Positions 28,060 to 36,812 of a stretch of DNA of 64,000 nucleotides are shown piece after piece. Source of the DNA: an uncultured Gammaproteobacteria bacterium (GTDB lineage Bacteria > Patescibacteriota > Microgenomatia > CAZETR01 > Amesbacteraceae); NCBI GenBank assembly GCA_964518565.1, contig CAZFGX010000001.1:460470-524469 (forward strand), read 5' to 3'. A program made the position numbers and the translations under genes. The notes beneath the pieces were generated by a model. It did not search any database. It was given only the letters and a program-made list of their open reading frames with translations, and was not told the DNA's origin. Each line of letters begins with the position of its first letter. Within the stretch, counting starts at the first letter, position 1.

Positions 28060-28641
28060 ATGTACAAAGCCATCTGGACTGCAATATTTGTCATCGGAGC
28101 GCCTGCGTTGATAGGAATAAGTCTATTTGCCCTCTCCACTTTTAGTCCCGTAATTCGGCCTATACCTACTGTATTAGGATCTAGCACCCAAGAAGTCGAT
28201 CAAACACCTAGCCAAATTTTGTCTGCCATTTCTGCCTCAGTCACCACTGCCGATGCCCGAGAATTAATTATTTCTCAATATTTGACCAAATACAATTCGC
28301 CACTAGTTCCATACGCCAAAAACATTGTCGACATTTCTGATCAATATAGTTTAGATTTTCGTCTATTAGTCGCCATAGCTCAGCAAGAATCCAATCTGTG
28401 TAAAAGAATTCCCGAAAATTCTCACAATTGTTGGGGCTTTGGCATTTATGGGGACAAGGTTACCCGGTTCGACAATTATCCCCAGGCTTTTGCTACGGTC
28501 GCCAAAACGCTCAAGCGTGATTACATAGACAAAGGCTTAGATACCCCCGAAGAAATCATGCGTAAATACACCCCTCCATCCATCAAACTCGGTGGACCGT
28601 GGGCCAAGGGTGTAAATCAATTTTTATCTGATTTAGAGTAG
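28060..28641 (+). CDS. membrane-anchored lysozyme-like/glucosaminidase-type protein
   Basis: LLVAIAQQES, HNCWGFG, KYTPP..WA motifs. Confidence 0.75.
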   Translation: MYKAIWTAIFVIGAPALIGISLFALSTFSPVIRPIPTVLGSSTQEVDQTPSQILSAISASVTTADARELIISQYLTKYNSPLVPYAKNIVDISDQYSLDFRLLVAIAQQESNLCKRIPENSHNCWGFGIYGDKVTRFDNYPQAFATVAKTLKRDYIDKGLDTPEEIMRKYTPPSIKLGGPWAKGVNQFLSDLE

Positions 28642-28650
28642 AATAGAGTC

Positions 28651-29400
28651 ATGTCAGTCGCACATTACGATGATCCAGAATTTTCCTACGAAAAATATTG
28701 GCACAATCGTGCCTACGAACACGCAGCCGAAGAAATAGCACTAACAAAACTCCTCAAAGGCAAAAAATTTACAAATGCCGTAGATATCGGTGGGGGATAT
28801 GGCCGTTTGTCTACTGTTCTACAACGATATGCCAACCATGTAACATTGGTCGAACCCTCTCAAAAACAGCGCACAATAGCCAAACGTTTTCTAAAAGATT
28901 TTCCTCAAATCACTATTAAGTCAGGCCTTTCAGACAAAACTCAACTAGAAGACAATTCTCAGGACTTAGCCATGATGGTTCGGGTCACCCATCATTTACC
29001 CGACCTCAAGCCCACTTTGGCTGAACTGTCTCGTGTTCTCAAGCCCAAAGGGCTACTTATTTTAGAGGTTGCCAATTCTCGCCATTTCAAAGCCTGGATA
29101 AAAAGTTTGGCCACAGGTCAACCTATTTTGCCTATGCCCGTAGAGCGTCGCAGTAGCGCCAATATTCGCAAAAATACTATTGCATTTGTAAACCATCATC
29201 CTGGTACAGTCTCTAAACTTTTAGCTCAATCTGGCTTCAAAATATCTCGATCATTATCGGTATCTAATTTTCGTTCACCTCAATTAAAAAAATTCCTACC
29301 AAAATCAATCCTACTAAACCTGGAGTCCGCTACCCAAACCCCCTTAGCCAGAATAAACTTTGGTCCCAGTATCTTTCTTTTGTGTCACAAGTCTACCTAA
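28651..29400 (+). CDS. class I SAM-dependent methyltransferase
   Basis: VDIGGGYGRL, RVLKPKG motifs. Confidence 0.88.
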   Translation: MSVAHYDDPEFSYEKYWHNRAYEHAAEEIALTKLLKGKKFTNAVDIGGGYGRLSTVLQRYANHVTLVEPSQKQRTIAKRFLKDFPQITIKSGLSDKTQLEDNSQDLAMMVRVTHHLPDLKPTLAELSRVLKPKGLLILEVANSRHFKAWIKSLATGQPILPMPVERRSSANIRKNTIAFVNHHPGTVSKLLAQSGFKISRSLSVSNFRSPQLKKFLPKSILLNLESATQTPLARINFGPSIFLLCHKST

Positions 29401-29414
29401 TAACAAGGCTCAAA

Positions 29415-29443
29415 TTGACAAACCAAACACCCCATAGTACAAT
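29415..29443 (+). promoter_or_regulatory. sigma70-type promoter
   Basis: TTGACA-17 nt-TACAAT. Confidence 0.75.
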
Positions 29444-29449
29444 ATATGT

Positions 29450-29527
29450 AGGTTTCGTGGCTTGGGCTAAAACCCAGGCTGTGGGATTTTAAAGCCTCGA
29501 CATTGGGCAGGAGTCGGGGCTTTTTTA
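29450..29527 (+). ncRNA. candidate small RNA (hairpin plus terminator)
   Basis: promoter, GGCTTGGG/CCCAGGCT hairpin, AAGCCTCGAC/GTCGGGGCTT terminator with T run; no convincing ORF. Confidence 0.4.
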
Positions 29528-29534
29528 GTTGTAT

Positions 29535-30092
29535 TCAATCTTCATATCCCATATTTTCTTCATCTGGATCTGTCAAAATTTTGCTTCGAGTAGATCTCTT
29601 AGGTAAACGGACAGCGCGAGGTCTATCCCAAGGTGCATCAGAAACTACAACCTTGTCTTCTTTAGTTATGTGTGGTCCGGGTTTTAAAACGTAATCCAAA
29701 TGTGTCGAAAATGCTTGAATTTGTTTTTGCCGCTGCATCCTCAATACACCCAACCCACCTCGTTGTTCGGTGGACTCACTAGTCAAATATTCATTTACAA
29801 TTTGGTCATTGTCCTTATGAAGCTTCGCCAATGTTTGCCTACATTCAACTTCAGAAATTTTCGGAGAAAGAGCTACAGACCATGGTAATTCCGATTTGTG
29901 TTCCAGTTGTCTACCCAAACAATACGCCTTTGCCAAAGCCGAATATAAATAGTTGCGATAGACTGTCCGCATGATTTTTTTCTCATGTGGTTTATTTAAC
30001 ATTTGTCGTAAATTGTCTACCTCTTTCCATTGATCACTTAATTCATGCCTAAGCCGCACTTCTTCAGACTCTGGGGCAACCGAAACCTCCAT
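29535..30092 (-). CDS. hypothetical protein
   Basis: 185-aa ORF; TATAGT 6 nt before ATG. Confidence 0.65.
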   Translation of the reverse strand: MEVSVAPESEEVRLRHELSDQWKEVDNLRQMLNKPHEKKIMRTVYRNYLYSALAKAYCLGRQLEHKSELPWSVALSPKISEVECRQTLAKLHKDNDQIVNEYLTSESTEQRGGLGVLRMQRQKQIQAFSTHLDYVLKPGPHITKEDKVVVSDAPWDRPRAVRLPKRSTRSKILTDPDEENMGYED

Positions 30093-30127
30093 TAAAAAAC
30101 TATAACATATGAGATAATACTAATATT

Positions 30128-30413
30128 GGGCTGGTGGTGAAATTGGTATACACGCAGGTTTTATAACGAGCGAAGTACAACGAAGCGAGATATATGAAAG
30201 GATCCAAGAGCGAATGCGATTGGGAGGTTTCCTTTCATATGAACCTGTGGGAAAATAGGCTGGTAAATCTGGGCTGGTGGTGAAATTGGTATACACGCAG
30301 GTTTTATAACGAGCGAAGTACAACGAAGCGAGATATATGAAAGGATCCAAGAGCGAATGCGATTGGGAGGTTTCCTTTCATATGAACCTGTGGGAAAATA
30401 GGCTGGTAAATCT
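30128..30413 (+). repeat. two identical 143-bp units: tRNA-Leu 5' 36 nt + 77-bp structured insert + GAACCTGT + 22-nt spacer
   Basis: GGGCTGGTGG at 30128, 30271 and 30414; ATATGAAAGGA/TCCTTTCATAT stem in each insert. Confidence 0.95.
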
Positions 30414-30496
30414 GGGCTGGTGGTGAAATTGGTATACACGCAGGTTTTAGGAACCTGTCTCCAAAAGAGGTGGAGGTTCGAGTCCTCTCCAGCCCA
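30414..30496 (+). tRNA. tRNA-Leu(TAG)
   Basis: type II cloverleaf, loop TTTAGGA. Confidence 0.93.
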
Positions 30497-30581
30497 CAAA
30501 AAAAACGCCCCTTTGGTTGGATACTCCAACCTCCGGGGCTTTGTATTAAATTGTTTATCGATTCAAAACCTTTCGGTTTCA

Positions 30582-30806
30582 CTATTTCACTACTGAAATA
30601 GAGCTTTCTGAATATGGAATATTCAAATGGATCAGCGCTGCGCGAAATTTCATTTCGGCGTCAACATCTGGAAAACTCACTTCGGTATTAAACCCATTCG
30701 ACTTCTGATAAGCCATCGGTATTGCCTTTTTTTCCTCCAATCGCTTTTTCCACATCTCCATCATTCCGTCTTGCACTTTTAACGTATCCAAAACAAAAAA
30801 AACCAT
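30582..30806 (-). CDS. small hypothetical protein
   Basis: GGAGG SD 4 nt before ATG. Confidence 0.6.
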   Translation of the reverse strand: MVFFVLDTLKVQDGMMEMWKKRLEEKKAIPMAYQKSNGFNTEVSFPDVDAEMKFRAALIHLNIPYSESSISVVK

Positions 30807-31007
30807 AAATCCTCCAAAAAACTAGAATCGATTGTCAAACAGCGTTTGTAAACACAGCGCAATAAATGCGAAATGCACAAATGTAACTGTGCTTAAAAAC
30901 TAAGACTAGTTATAACACAAAATAAGACAAATTACAACTATAGGCCTATATTTGAGGCTAGATTAGCATTGATCTCACTTGAATATGGGTATATCATAGC
31001 CAAAGAT

Positions 31008-32438
31008 ATGTCAACCCTTTTTTCTGCTGTTCGCCTGGCGGATATAGCCGATGTGGCTATTGTCGCCATTATTATCTACAACATCTTTATCCTTTTTAAA
31101 CAAACCCGTTCATACCTAATTTTTGTCGGCATTAGTCTCATGGCCGCTCTGTATGCCTGTGCAAAAATCTTTAATCTCTATTTGACCACACTCGCCTTAC
31201 AAAGCTTTTTTAGTGTTCTATTTGTCATTTTAGTGGTAATTTTCCAAAACGAACTCCGACGATTCTTTGAGTTTATTGCCTTACTTGGTACGCGTAGAGT
31301 AAAACTCAAAACCTCTATCACCCTTCCCATTCACGTCTCAGAACTCGTCCAGGCCAGTGCCCATTTAGCTCACGAAAAAATTGGCGCTCTCATTGTCATT
31401 CAGGGTAAAGATTCCCTCGATCGTTTTATCCAAGGTGGCCAACTCCTAGATGGCGTTATTTCCGAAAATGTTTTAGCTAGTATTTTTGACCCTAATTCAG
31501 CCGGTCACGACGGAGCTGTAGTCATAAATCAAAACCGCATCACTCAATTTGGTGCCCAACTGCCTCTGTCTACAAATTTCAAAGAAATTGGCAAGCATGG
31601 TACACGACACAGTGCAGCCGTAGGACTGTCAGAACGAACTGACGCACTCTGTATTATTGTGTCTGAAGAAAAAGGTACCATATCACTTGCCCGAGATGGC
31701 AAACTCAAAACACTTACAACTGCTGAAGATTTAGAAAAAGACTTGGGGAAATTCTTACGCGACAAACATTTGATAGCCAACAAAAATTTTGCCCAGGATC
31801 TGATTCAAAAAAATTCTAAGCTCAAACTCATTTCAGCGCTTTGTGCCATTGGACTTTGGCTTACAGTATCTGCCCGGACAGAAACCATTCAAAAAGATTT
31901 TTCTTTACCAATCACCATCAAAAATCTACCTGAAAACACCTTGATCGAAGATAGCAGTCCAAGAATGCTCACCGTTTCATTACAAGGTAGGGGAGAAGTT
32001 GCGTTTTCCAACATAGATGCTTCATCCTTAGAAATCAGTCTCGATGCAGACAATCTAAAAAGCGGCCTAAACACCGTCAACATCCCCACCTCCGCTATCA
32101 AGCGTCCTCTAAATCTAAATCTCGTAAGTGTTCAACCATCCACTGTCTATCTATTGGTAAAAAAATATAAACTCGTCAAGGTTCCAGTCAATCTTAAAAC
32201 AAAAAATTTACCCAAAAAACTAACTATCTCTAGTACCACAATTACTCCTTCAGAAATTGAATTTTGGTTGCCAGAAGAAGCTACAAAACCCGACACATTA
32301 GATACAAAAACTATTGATTTCAGTTCACTTACTGACTCCACGATTATTGAAACCGAAGCCATTATGCCCCCAGGCGCAAAACTAAAAAAAACCGACGATA
32401 GTAAAATCACCATTGCTATTACTATCGATAAAAAATAA
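31008..32438 (+). CDS. dacA: diadenylate cyclase CdaA/DacA fused to YbbR (CdaR-like) domains
   Basis: 3 TM, FQNELRR, HDGAV, GTRH motifs; further TM then YbbR-like repeats. Confidence 0.88.
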   Translation: MSTLFSAVRLADIADVAIVAIIIYNIFILFKQTRSYLIFVGISLMAALYACAKIFNLYLTTLALQSFFSVLFVILVVIFQNELRRFFEFIALLGTRRVKLKTSITLPIHVSELVQASAHLAHEKIGALIVIQGKDSLDRFIQGGQLLDGVISENVLASIFDPNSAGHDGAVVINQNRITQFGAQLPLSTNFKEIGKHGTRHSAAVGLSERTDALCIIVSEEKGTISLARDGKLKTLTTAEDLEKDLGKFLRDKHLIANKNFAQDLIQKNSKLKLISALCAIGLWLTVSARTETIQKDFSLPITIKNLPENTLIEDSSPRMLTVSLQGRGEVAFSNIDASSLEISLDADNLKSGLNTVNIPTSAIKRPLNLNLVSVQPSTVYLLVKKYKLVKVPVNLKTKNLPKKLTISSTTITPSEIEFWLPEEATKPDTLDTKTIDFSSLTDSTIIETEAIMPPGAKLKKTDDSKITIAITIDKK

Positions 32439-33043
32439 TGTCATTTTTATTTGCTATTTTGCTCGCTCTTGCAACGTTTGCTCGTCAAAATGGATCTCTA
32501 AAACTCTCCCCACCATCTATTATCACCCCAGTGAATATAGATCAGTCACCTCTGTATCCCCGGCCTACTACTCAGCCTATACCAACTGATTCAGGCGAGT
32601 GGGGAATTGCTGTAAAAACTGGCGAACATACATATCAAATCAAAGTAAACAACGATGCTCAAATGGGTACACCTGCTCAAATTCTTAACGCTATTAATGA
32701 TCTACGGATTCGTAATGGTGCCCAACCGTTAAAAACCAATGAAAAAATTTGTGCTTACGCGCAGAGTAGAGCTGAATATTTCACAAAAATCCGTCAAGTA
32801 GACGAACACAAAGGCTTCAAAGAATTTTTAGAAAACGACGACGGTTTCGAAAAACTGGGATTTGGTTCATTAGGTGAAAATTCTTCGTATGGCTATATCA
32901 TGTCTGGAGTTCATTTAATTGAATTTGTATATATGCGCTCTCCAGAACACAACAAAAATCAGCTCGACCCCAAATGGGACCACGGATGTGTAGGAGTGTC
33001 AGAATCTGCAACAAATATTATTTTTGCTACCTCACCGCTGTAA
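32438..33043 (+). CDS. CAP/SCP domain secreted protein
   Basis: IN..R...G..PL, GEN, SPEHNKN motifs. Confidence 0.8.
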   Translation: MSFLFAILLALATFARQNGSLKLSPPSIITPVNIDQSPLYPRPTTQPIPTDSGEWGIAVKTGEHTYQIKVNNDAQMGTPAQILNAINDLRIRNGAQPLKTNEKICAYAQSRAEYFTKIRQVDEHKGFKEFLENDDGFEKLGFGSLGENSSYGYIMSGVHLIEFVYMRSPEHNKNQLDPKWDHGCVGVSESATNIIFATSPL

Positions 33044-34213
33044 AGTCAGTTGATAGTATTTATCTCCTAGGTATCCAGTGACTTCTGGACGAATCAATAA
33101 TCCGCCCATCAGTTGAGCTGGATACAAGGTAAAAACTCCAAAACGTTTATTTACCAGATCTGTGGCGTCCAGCAATGCTCGACGTCGTGGAAAAAGTTCA
33201 CACTGACCATCAAAAGCTAAATTGCTTATATGTACGCCAGCAAAACGCACAGCTGGAATCGGGCGCTGCAGATATTCTCGCCACAAAATATCAAAAATAA
33301 TCAATGGGTCTGCAGTCGGCGCTGCAATGGTTTTCCTAGCCCAAAAATCATCCAACCGTAGACTAAAAGTTCTTCCAGCCATTTTCATATCTCGCAGTTT
33401 AACGCAAGCCTCTTCCAACAAGTTCCGGGCTAAATCACGAATTTGTTTCTGATCTTCTACCAATTTAAATGTCGTAAATGTCCGCGACACACTCTTTGCT
33501 GGCTCTAAATCTTGAATTGGTGACAGAGGTTGATCCAATCTTAACCACACCAAATCATCAATATCAGAAGGTAAATCAGTCAACAATCTGGCCTGACCCA
33601 GAGTATAAGCACTTCGTTTGTGTAAATAGGCCGCACGAGCCCAACCAATACCACAAACTTCACCTACAGCTACATCATGAGTCACCGACAAATAATTTTG
33701 TCTGTTTAAAAATGTCAGACCATCTGGTTTTTGCAACTCAGAACCTAGTTTTGCCAAAAGTTTGGTAAAAGAAATACCAATAGAACACTTAAGCCAATCG
33801 CCCAGCTCTTCCCGAATACGCTGTTTGATAAGCATTGCAATTTCCCAAGCACCACCAGCAAATAAATGTTGGGTATTTGTAATATCAATAAAACATTCAT
33901 CAATGGAAAACACTTCCATATCTGGCGAATAGTCAGAAATAATCCGAGTCAAACCTTTAGTGACGCTAAAATATTTATCCATATCCGAAGGTACCAAAAT
34001 AATCTGTGGACACAGTTTTTTGGCCTCCCATACTGTAGTGCCAGTTTTTACTCCATATCTTTTTGCTTCGATAGAAGCCGCAATGACACAGCCCCGATCC
34101 TTCGCTTTAATAATTCCTACTGGTTTTCCACGCAAAGCCGGATTTGCCTGTTGTTCCACAGTTCCAAAAAAGGAATTCATATCTACATGCAAGATTGTCC
34201 GTTCAGTCTCCAT
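33032..34213 (-). CDS. dinB: Y-family DNA polymerase IV
   Basis: LHVDMNSFF, AASIEAKRYGV, SIDECF motifs. Confidence 0.93.
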   Translation of the reverse strand: METERTILHVDMNSFFGTVEQQANPALRGKPVGIIKAKDRGCVIAASIEAKRYGVKTGTTVWEAKKLCPQIILVPSDMDKYFSVTKGLTRIISDYSPDMEVFSIDECFIDITNTQHLFAGGAWEIAMLIKQRIREELGDWLKCSIGISFTKLLAKLGSELQKPDGLTFLNRQNYLSVTHDVAVGEVCGIGWARAAYLHKRSAYTLGQARLLTDLPSDIDDLVWLRLDQPLSPIQDLEPAKSVSRTFTTFKLVEDQKQIRDLARNLLEEACVKLRDMKMAGRTFSLRLDDFWARKTIAAPTADPLIIFDILWREYLQRPIPAVRFAGVHISNLAFDGQCELFPRRRALLDATDLVNKRFGVFTLYPAQLMGGLLIRPEVTGYLGDKYYQLTLQR

Positions 34214-34425
34214 AGTAGATCAGTCCGATCAAAAGCTAATTCAGCTAGCATTCCACCAGTGTCTACTGCAAAACATAAATATTTTCTGCCGGCATTTTTT
34301 CGTTCAAATTTCATAGTAATCCGTTTCACTTCATACCGTCTGCCATTCCAAGTAAACCGAATTGGGTAAATTTTTGTGCCCCAAAATGCTACATCTACTC
34401 CAACTGAATCTGTACTATCAACCAT
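34183..34425 (-). CDS. small DinB-associated protein (DUF6504-like)
   Basis: PIRFTWNGRRYEV motif; overlaps dinB start. Confidence 0.7.
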   Translation of the reverse strand: MVDSTDSVGVDVAFWGTKIYPIRFTWNGRRYEVKRITMKFERKNAGRKYLCFAVDTGGMLAELAFDRTDLLWRLNGQSCM

Positions 34426-34431
34426 AAACTA

Positions 34432-34460
34432 GTTCTACCCGAATATTACCCGAATGTCAA
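34432..34460 (-). promoter_or_regulatory. promoter with direct-repeat operator (candidate SOS box)
   Basis: minus strand TTGACA-TTCGGgtaataTTCGGg-TAGAAC, 6 nt before ATG. Confidence 0.7.
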
Positions 34461-34487
34461 TAAGAAATTTGGTAAAATAATTTAATT

Positions 34488-34781
34488 ATGGAAGCACCTC
34501 GTCTCTGGCGCACCAACAAAAAACGTCTAGAAATAGACTGTCAAGAAAGCGAAGTATATTCATATACAACTATTCATTATCCACCGACAGAATATACAGA
34601 TCAAACGCCACTCCTGATGGCACTTATTAAAACTGGGACAAGGCTTATCATGGCTCAACTTACAGATGTAGATGCAAATGATGTATATATCGGCATGCCT
34701 ATTGAACCTGTTACTCGAATTCTTCGCCAAGATAAAACTGGTATTGTTGTGTATGGCAAAAAATATCGACCCAAAATATAG
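34488..34781 (+). CDS. DUF35-like OB-fold protein
   Basis: VYSYTTIH..P, AQLTD, IGMP.E, YG.K motifs. Confidence 0.75.
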   Translation: MEAPRLWRTNKKRLEIDCQESEVYSYTTIHYPPTEYTDQTPLLMALIKTGTRLIMAQLTDVDANDVYIGMPIEPVTRILRQDKTGIVVYGKKYRPKI

Positions 34782-34793
34782 TAAGATACACCA

Positions 34794-35408
34794 ATGAAAC
34801 AAGTAATTATTATTTGTATCATTGCTGCAGTCGGCGTCGCAGGATTTATCCTGCTAACACAAAAACCCAAAGATGAGACCTTGCAAATGAGCTATAATAC
34901 GACTACAGACACAACAACAACGCCAATACCCACACCCATGTCAACCACACCCACCATATCCTCCACACCAATTACTGGCAAACCCCATGTGGAATTTACA
35001 ACCTCCAAAGGCAAATTTGTTATCGAAATGAATCCTAGTGTGGCTCCAAAAACAGTCGCCAATTATCTAGACAAATGGACCACAGGATATTGCGAAGGCT
35101 TAACGTTTCATCGAGTAGAAGATTGGGTAGTTCAAGGTTGTGACCCATTAGGTAACGGCACAGGAGGAAATAGCACCTTACCTACAGAAACATCCCAAGA
35201 ATCATTTACAGTTGGTAGTGTAGGTGTAGCACGCAAGGCTTTTCCCAAAGAAATCTCCAACGACTCTCAATTTTTTATCGTCAAAACAGACGCCACATTT
35301 TTGAATGGAGATTACACCTGGTTTGGTAAAGTCATTTCAGGGATGGATGTAGTGAATAAAATCGCAGTTGGTGATAAAATCCTCAAAACCTCACGTGTCG
35401 ACAAATAA
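34794..35408 (+). CDS. membrane-anchored cyclophilin-type PPIase
   Basis: APKTVANY, FHRVEDWVVQG.DP, SQFFI motifs. Confidence 0.9.
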   Translation: MKQVIIICIIAAVGVAGFILLTQKPKDETLQMSYNTTTDTTTTPIPTPMSTTPTISSTPITGKPHVEFTTSKGKFVIEMNPSVAPKTVANYLDKWTTGYCEGLTFHRVEDWVVQGCDPLGNGTGGNSTLPTETSQESFTVGSVGVARKAFPKEISNDSQFFIVKTDATFLNGDYTWFGKVISGMDVVNKIAVGDKILKTSRVDK

Positions 35409-36114
35409 TTCTTCCCCCATTACCCGGCATCCAAACGGCAATATTGAATTGTCGCTCTCTTTGGCATGGCCAGATATTAAATCTGGATACGAAAAAGAAG
35501 TACTAATTGCTGTAGAAAACACACAATTGCCGGGATTTCGTAAAGGCAAAGCTCCTAAAAATATGGTTGAAGCCCGCTTGGACAAAACTAAGGTCTACTC
35601 CGCGGCTATTCAAAAACTTTTACCATCTATATACTCAGCTGCAATCACCGAGCACAAACTCAAGCCAATTTTATCTCCCAATATTTCCCTTAAAAAGGGT
35701 GACGAGGGGACAGACTGGGAATTTACTGCCGTCGTCTGTGAAATGCCTGAAGTCGTCTTACCAAAAGATTGGGAGGCAGATCTGAAAAAGTTAAAAATTG
35801 TCGAAAAAGACGATAAATTGACCAAAATTATTGAACAATTAAATCAAAAAATCACCATTACGGTTCCCGATCTATTAGTAGAAGAAGAAGCGGAGCATCG
35901 ATTGTCACATTTAGTAGAAAATCTTACTCAATTAGGCGTAAATACCGAGACATATCTGGCCAGCAAAAAAATGACAGCGGAAGATCTGCGCGCTCAAACA
36001 GCGACTCAAGCAAGAAATGATCTGGCAACTCAATTTATTTTGAGTCAAATTCAAACCGAAAAAGAATTCAAAACCCGTCAGGAAACTCTAGATTTTTTGA
36101 TCAGTTTGCTATAA
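35395..36114 (+). CDS. tig: short trigger factor lacking FKBP domain (start uncertain)
   Basis: PGFRKGKAP signature. Confidence 0.85.
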   Translation: MSTNNSSPITRHPNGNIELSLSLAWPDIKSGYEKEVLIAVENTQLPGFRKGKAPKNMVEARLDKTKVYSAAIQKLLPSIYSAAITEHKLKPILSPNISLKKGDEGTDWEFTAVVCEMPEVVLPKDWEADLKKLKIVEKDDKLTKIIEQLNQKITITVPDLLVEEEAEHRLSHLVENLTQLGVNTETYLASKKMTAEDLRAQTATQARNDLATQFILSQIQTEKEFKTRQETLDFLISLL

Positions 36115-36145
36115 TAAACTCACGAAAAATAGACCCATAGTATAT

Positions 36146-36739
36146 ATGGCAAACAAATCTCAATCCAAACGAACCCAACCAGTCAACTTTCTCGAAGCCT
36201 TGCGCGATCTAGGTCAGGGTGTAACTTCCGAAGCGAAAGTTCAGATCAAAAATATTGTAACAGACGATATTCCTGAATCATTTGGCTTTCCCACATCTGG
36301 CACACTCCACCCGAATGAATCTTTTTCTCCCCACAAAAAAGAGGCTTACGAAAATTCATATACATCTAGTCGTCTCATGCAAGTCAAAGAAGAAGAACAG
36401 GCCCAACTACGCCGAAACGAAGCCCAATTACGAGAACAGATCACCAGTCTGCAACAAGAAATTCGTAAATTAGCCAGTTCAATGGGTGAATTCGCCCAAG
36501 AGGTTCAAGCTGCAACCTCGCAAGCAGTTATCAATCCAGGTATATATCACAAAAACTTCTTTCACCAATTGCGATCAGTTATTGTCACAATGCAAAAACG
36601 CGTAAATGAATCAAAACACTGGCTGGCAGAATGTAATAGCCGCGGAAAAAAGAAAAGTTATTATTGGTCAAATGTTCAAAAATCGGGGACTAGCTACATG
36701 CTCTCATCTGAGCGGTATATGGTAACCAGTACAGGATAA
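36146..36739 (+). CDS. conserved CPR hypothetical coiled-coil protein (DUF5660-like)
   Basis: PGIYH.NFF, YW...KSGT..LSSER motifs. Confidence 0.65.
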   Translation: MANKSQSKRTQPVNFLEALRDLGQGVTSEAKVQIKNIVTDDIPESFGFPTSGTLHPNESFSPHKKEAYENSYTSSRLMQVKEEEQAQLRRNEAQLREQITSLQQEIRKLASSMGEFAQEVQAATSQAVINPGIYHKNFFHQLRSVIVTMQKRVNESKHWLAECNSRGKKKSYYWSNVQKSGTSYMLSSERYMVTSTG

Positions 36740-36812
36740 CTATGGCAACGATTCTTGGCACACTTCTCTTCGTACACCTGCTTCTACTTTCGTACGATAT
36801 AATAAGCCACAA

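Noticed and set aside
26946-28187. ORFs 26946-27137, 27745-28014 and 27933-28187
   Set aside because: They are read-throughs of tRNA genes.
30128-30496. CRISPR array
   Set aside because: The repeat is a tRNA 5' half, the intervening sequences are identical and no cas genes are present.
30120-30582. Repetitive minus-strand ORFs (76, 122, 92 aa)
   Set aside because: They are antisense translations of the tRNA repeat.
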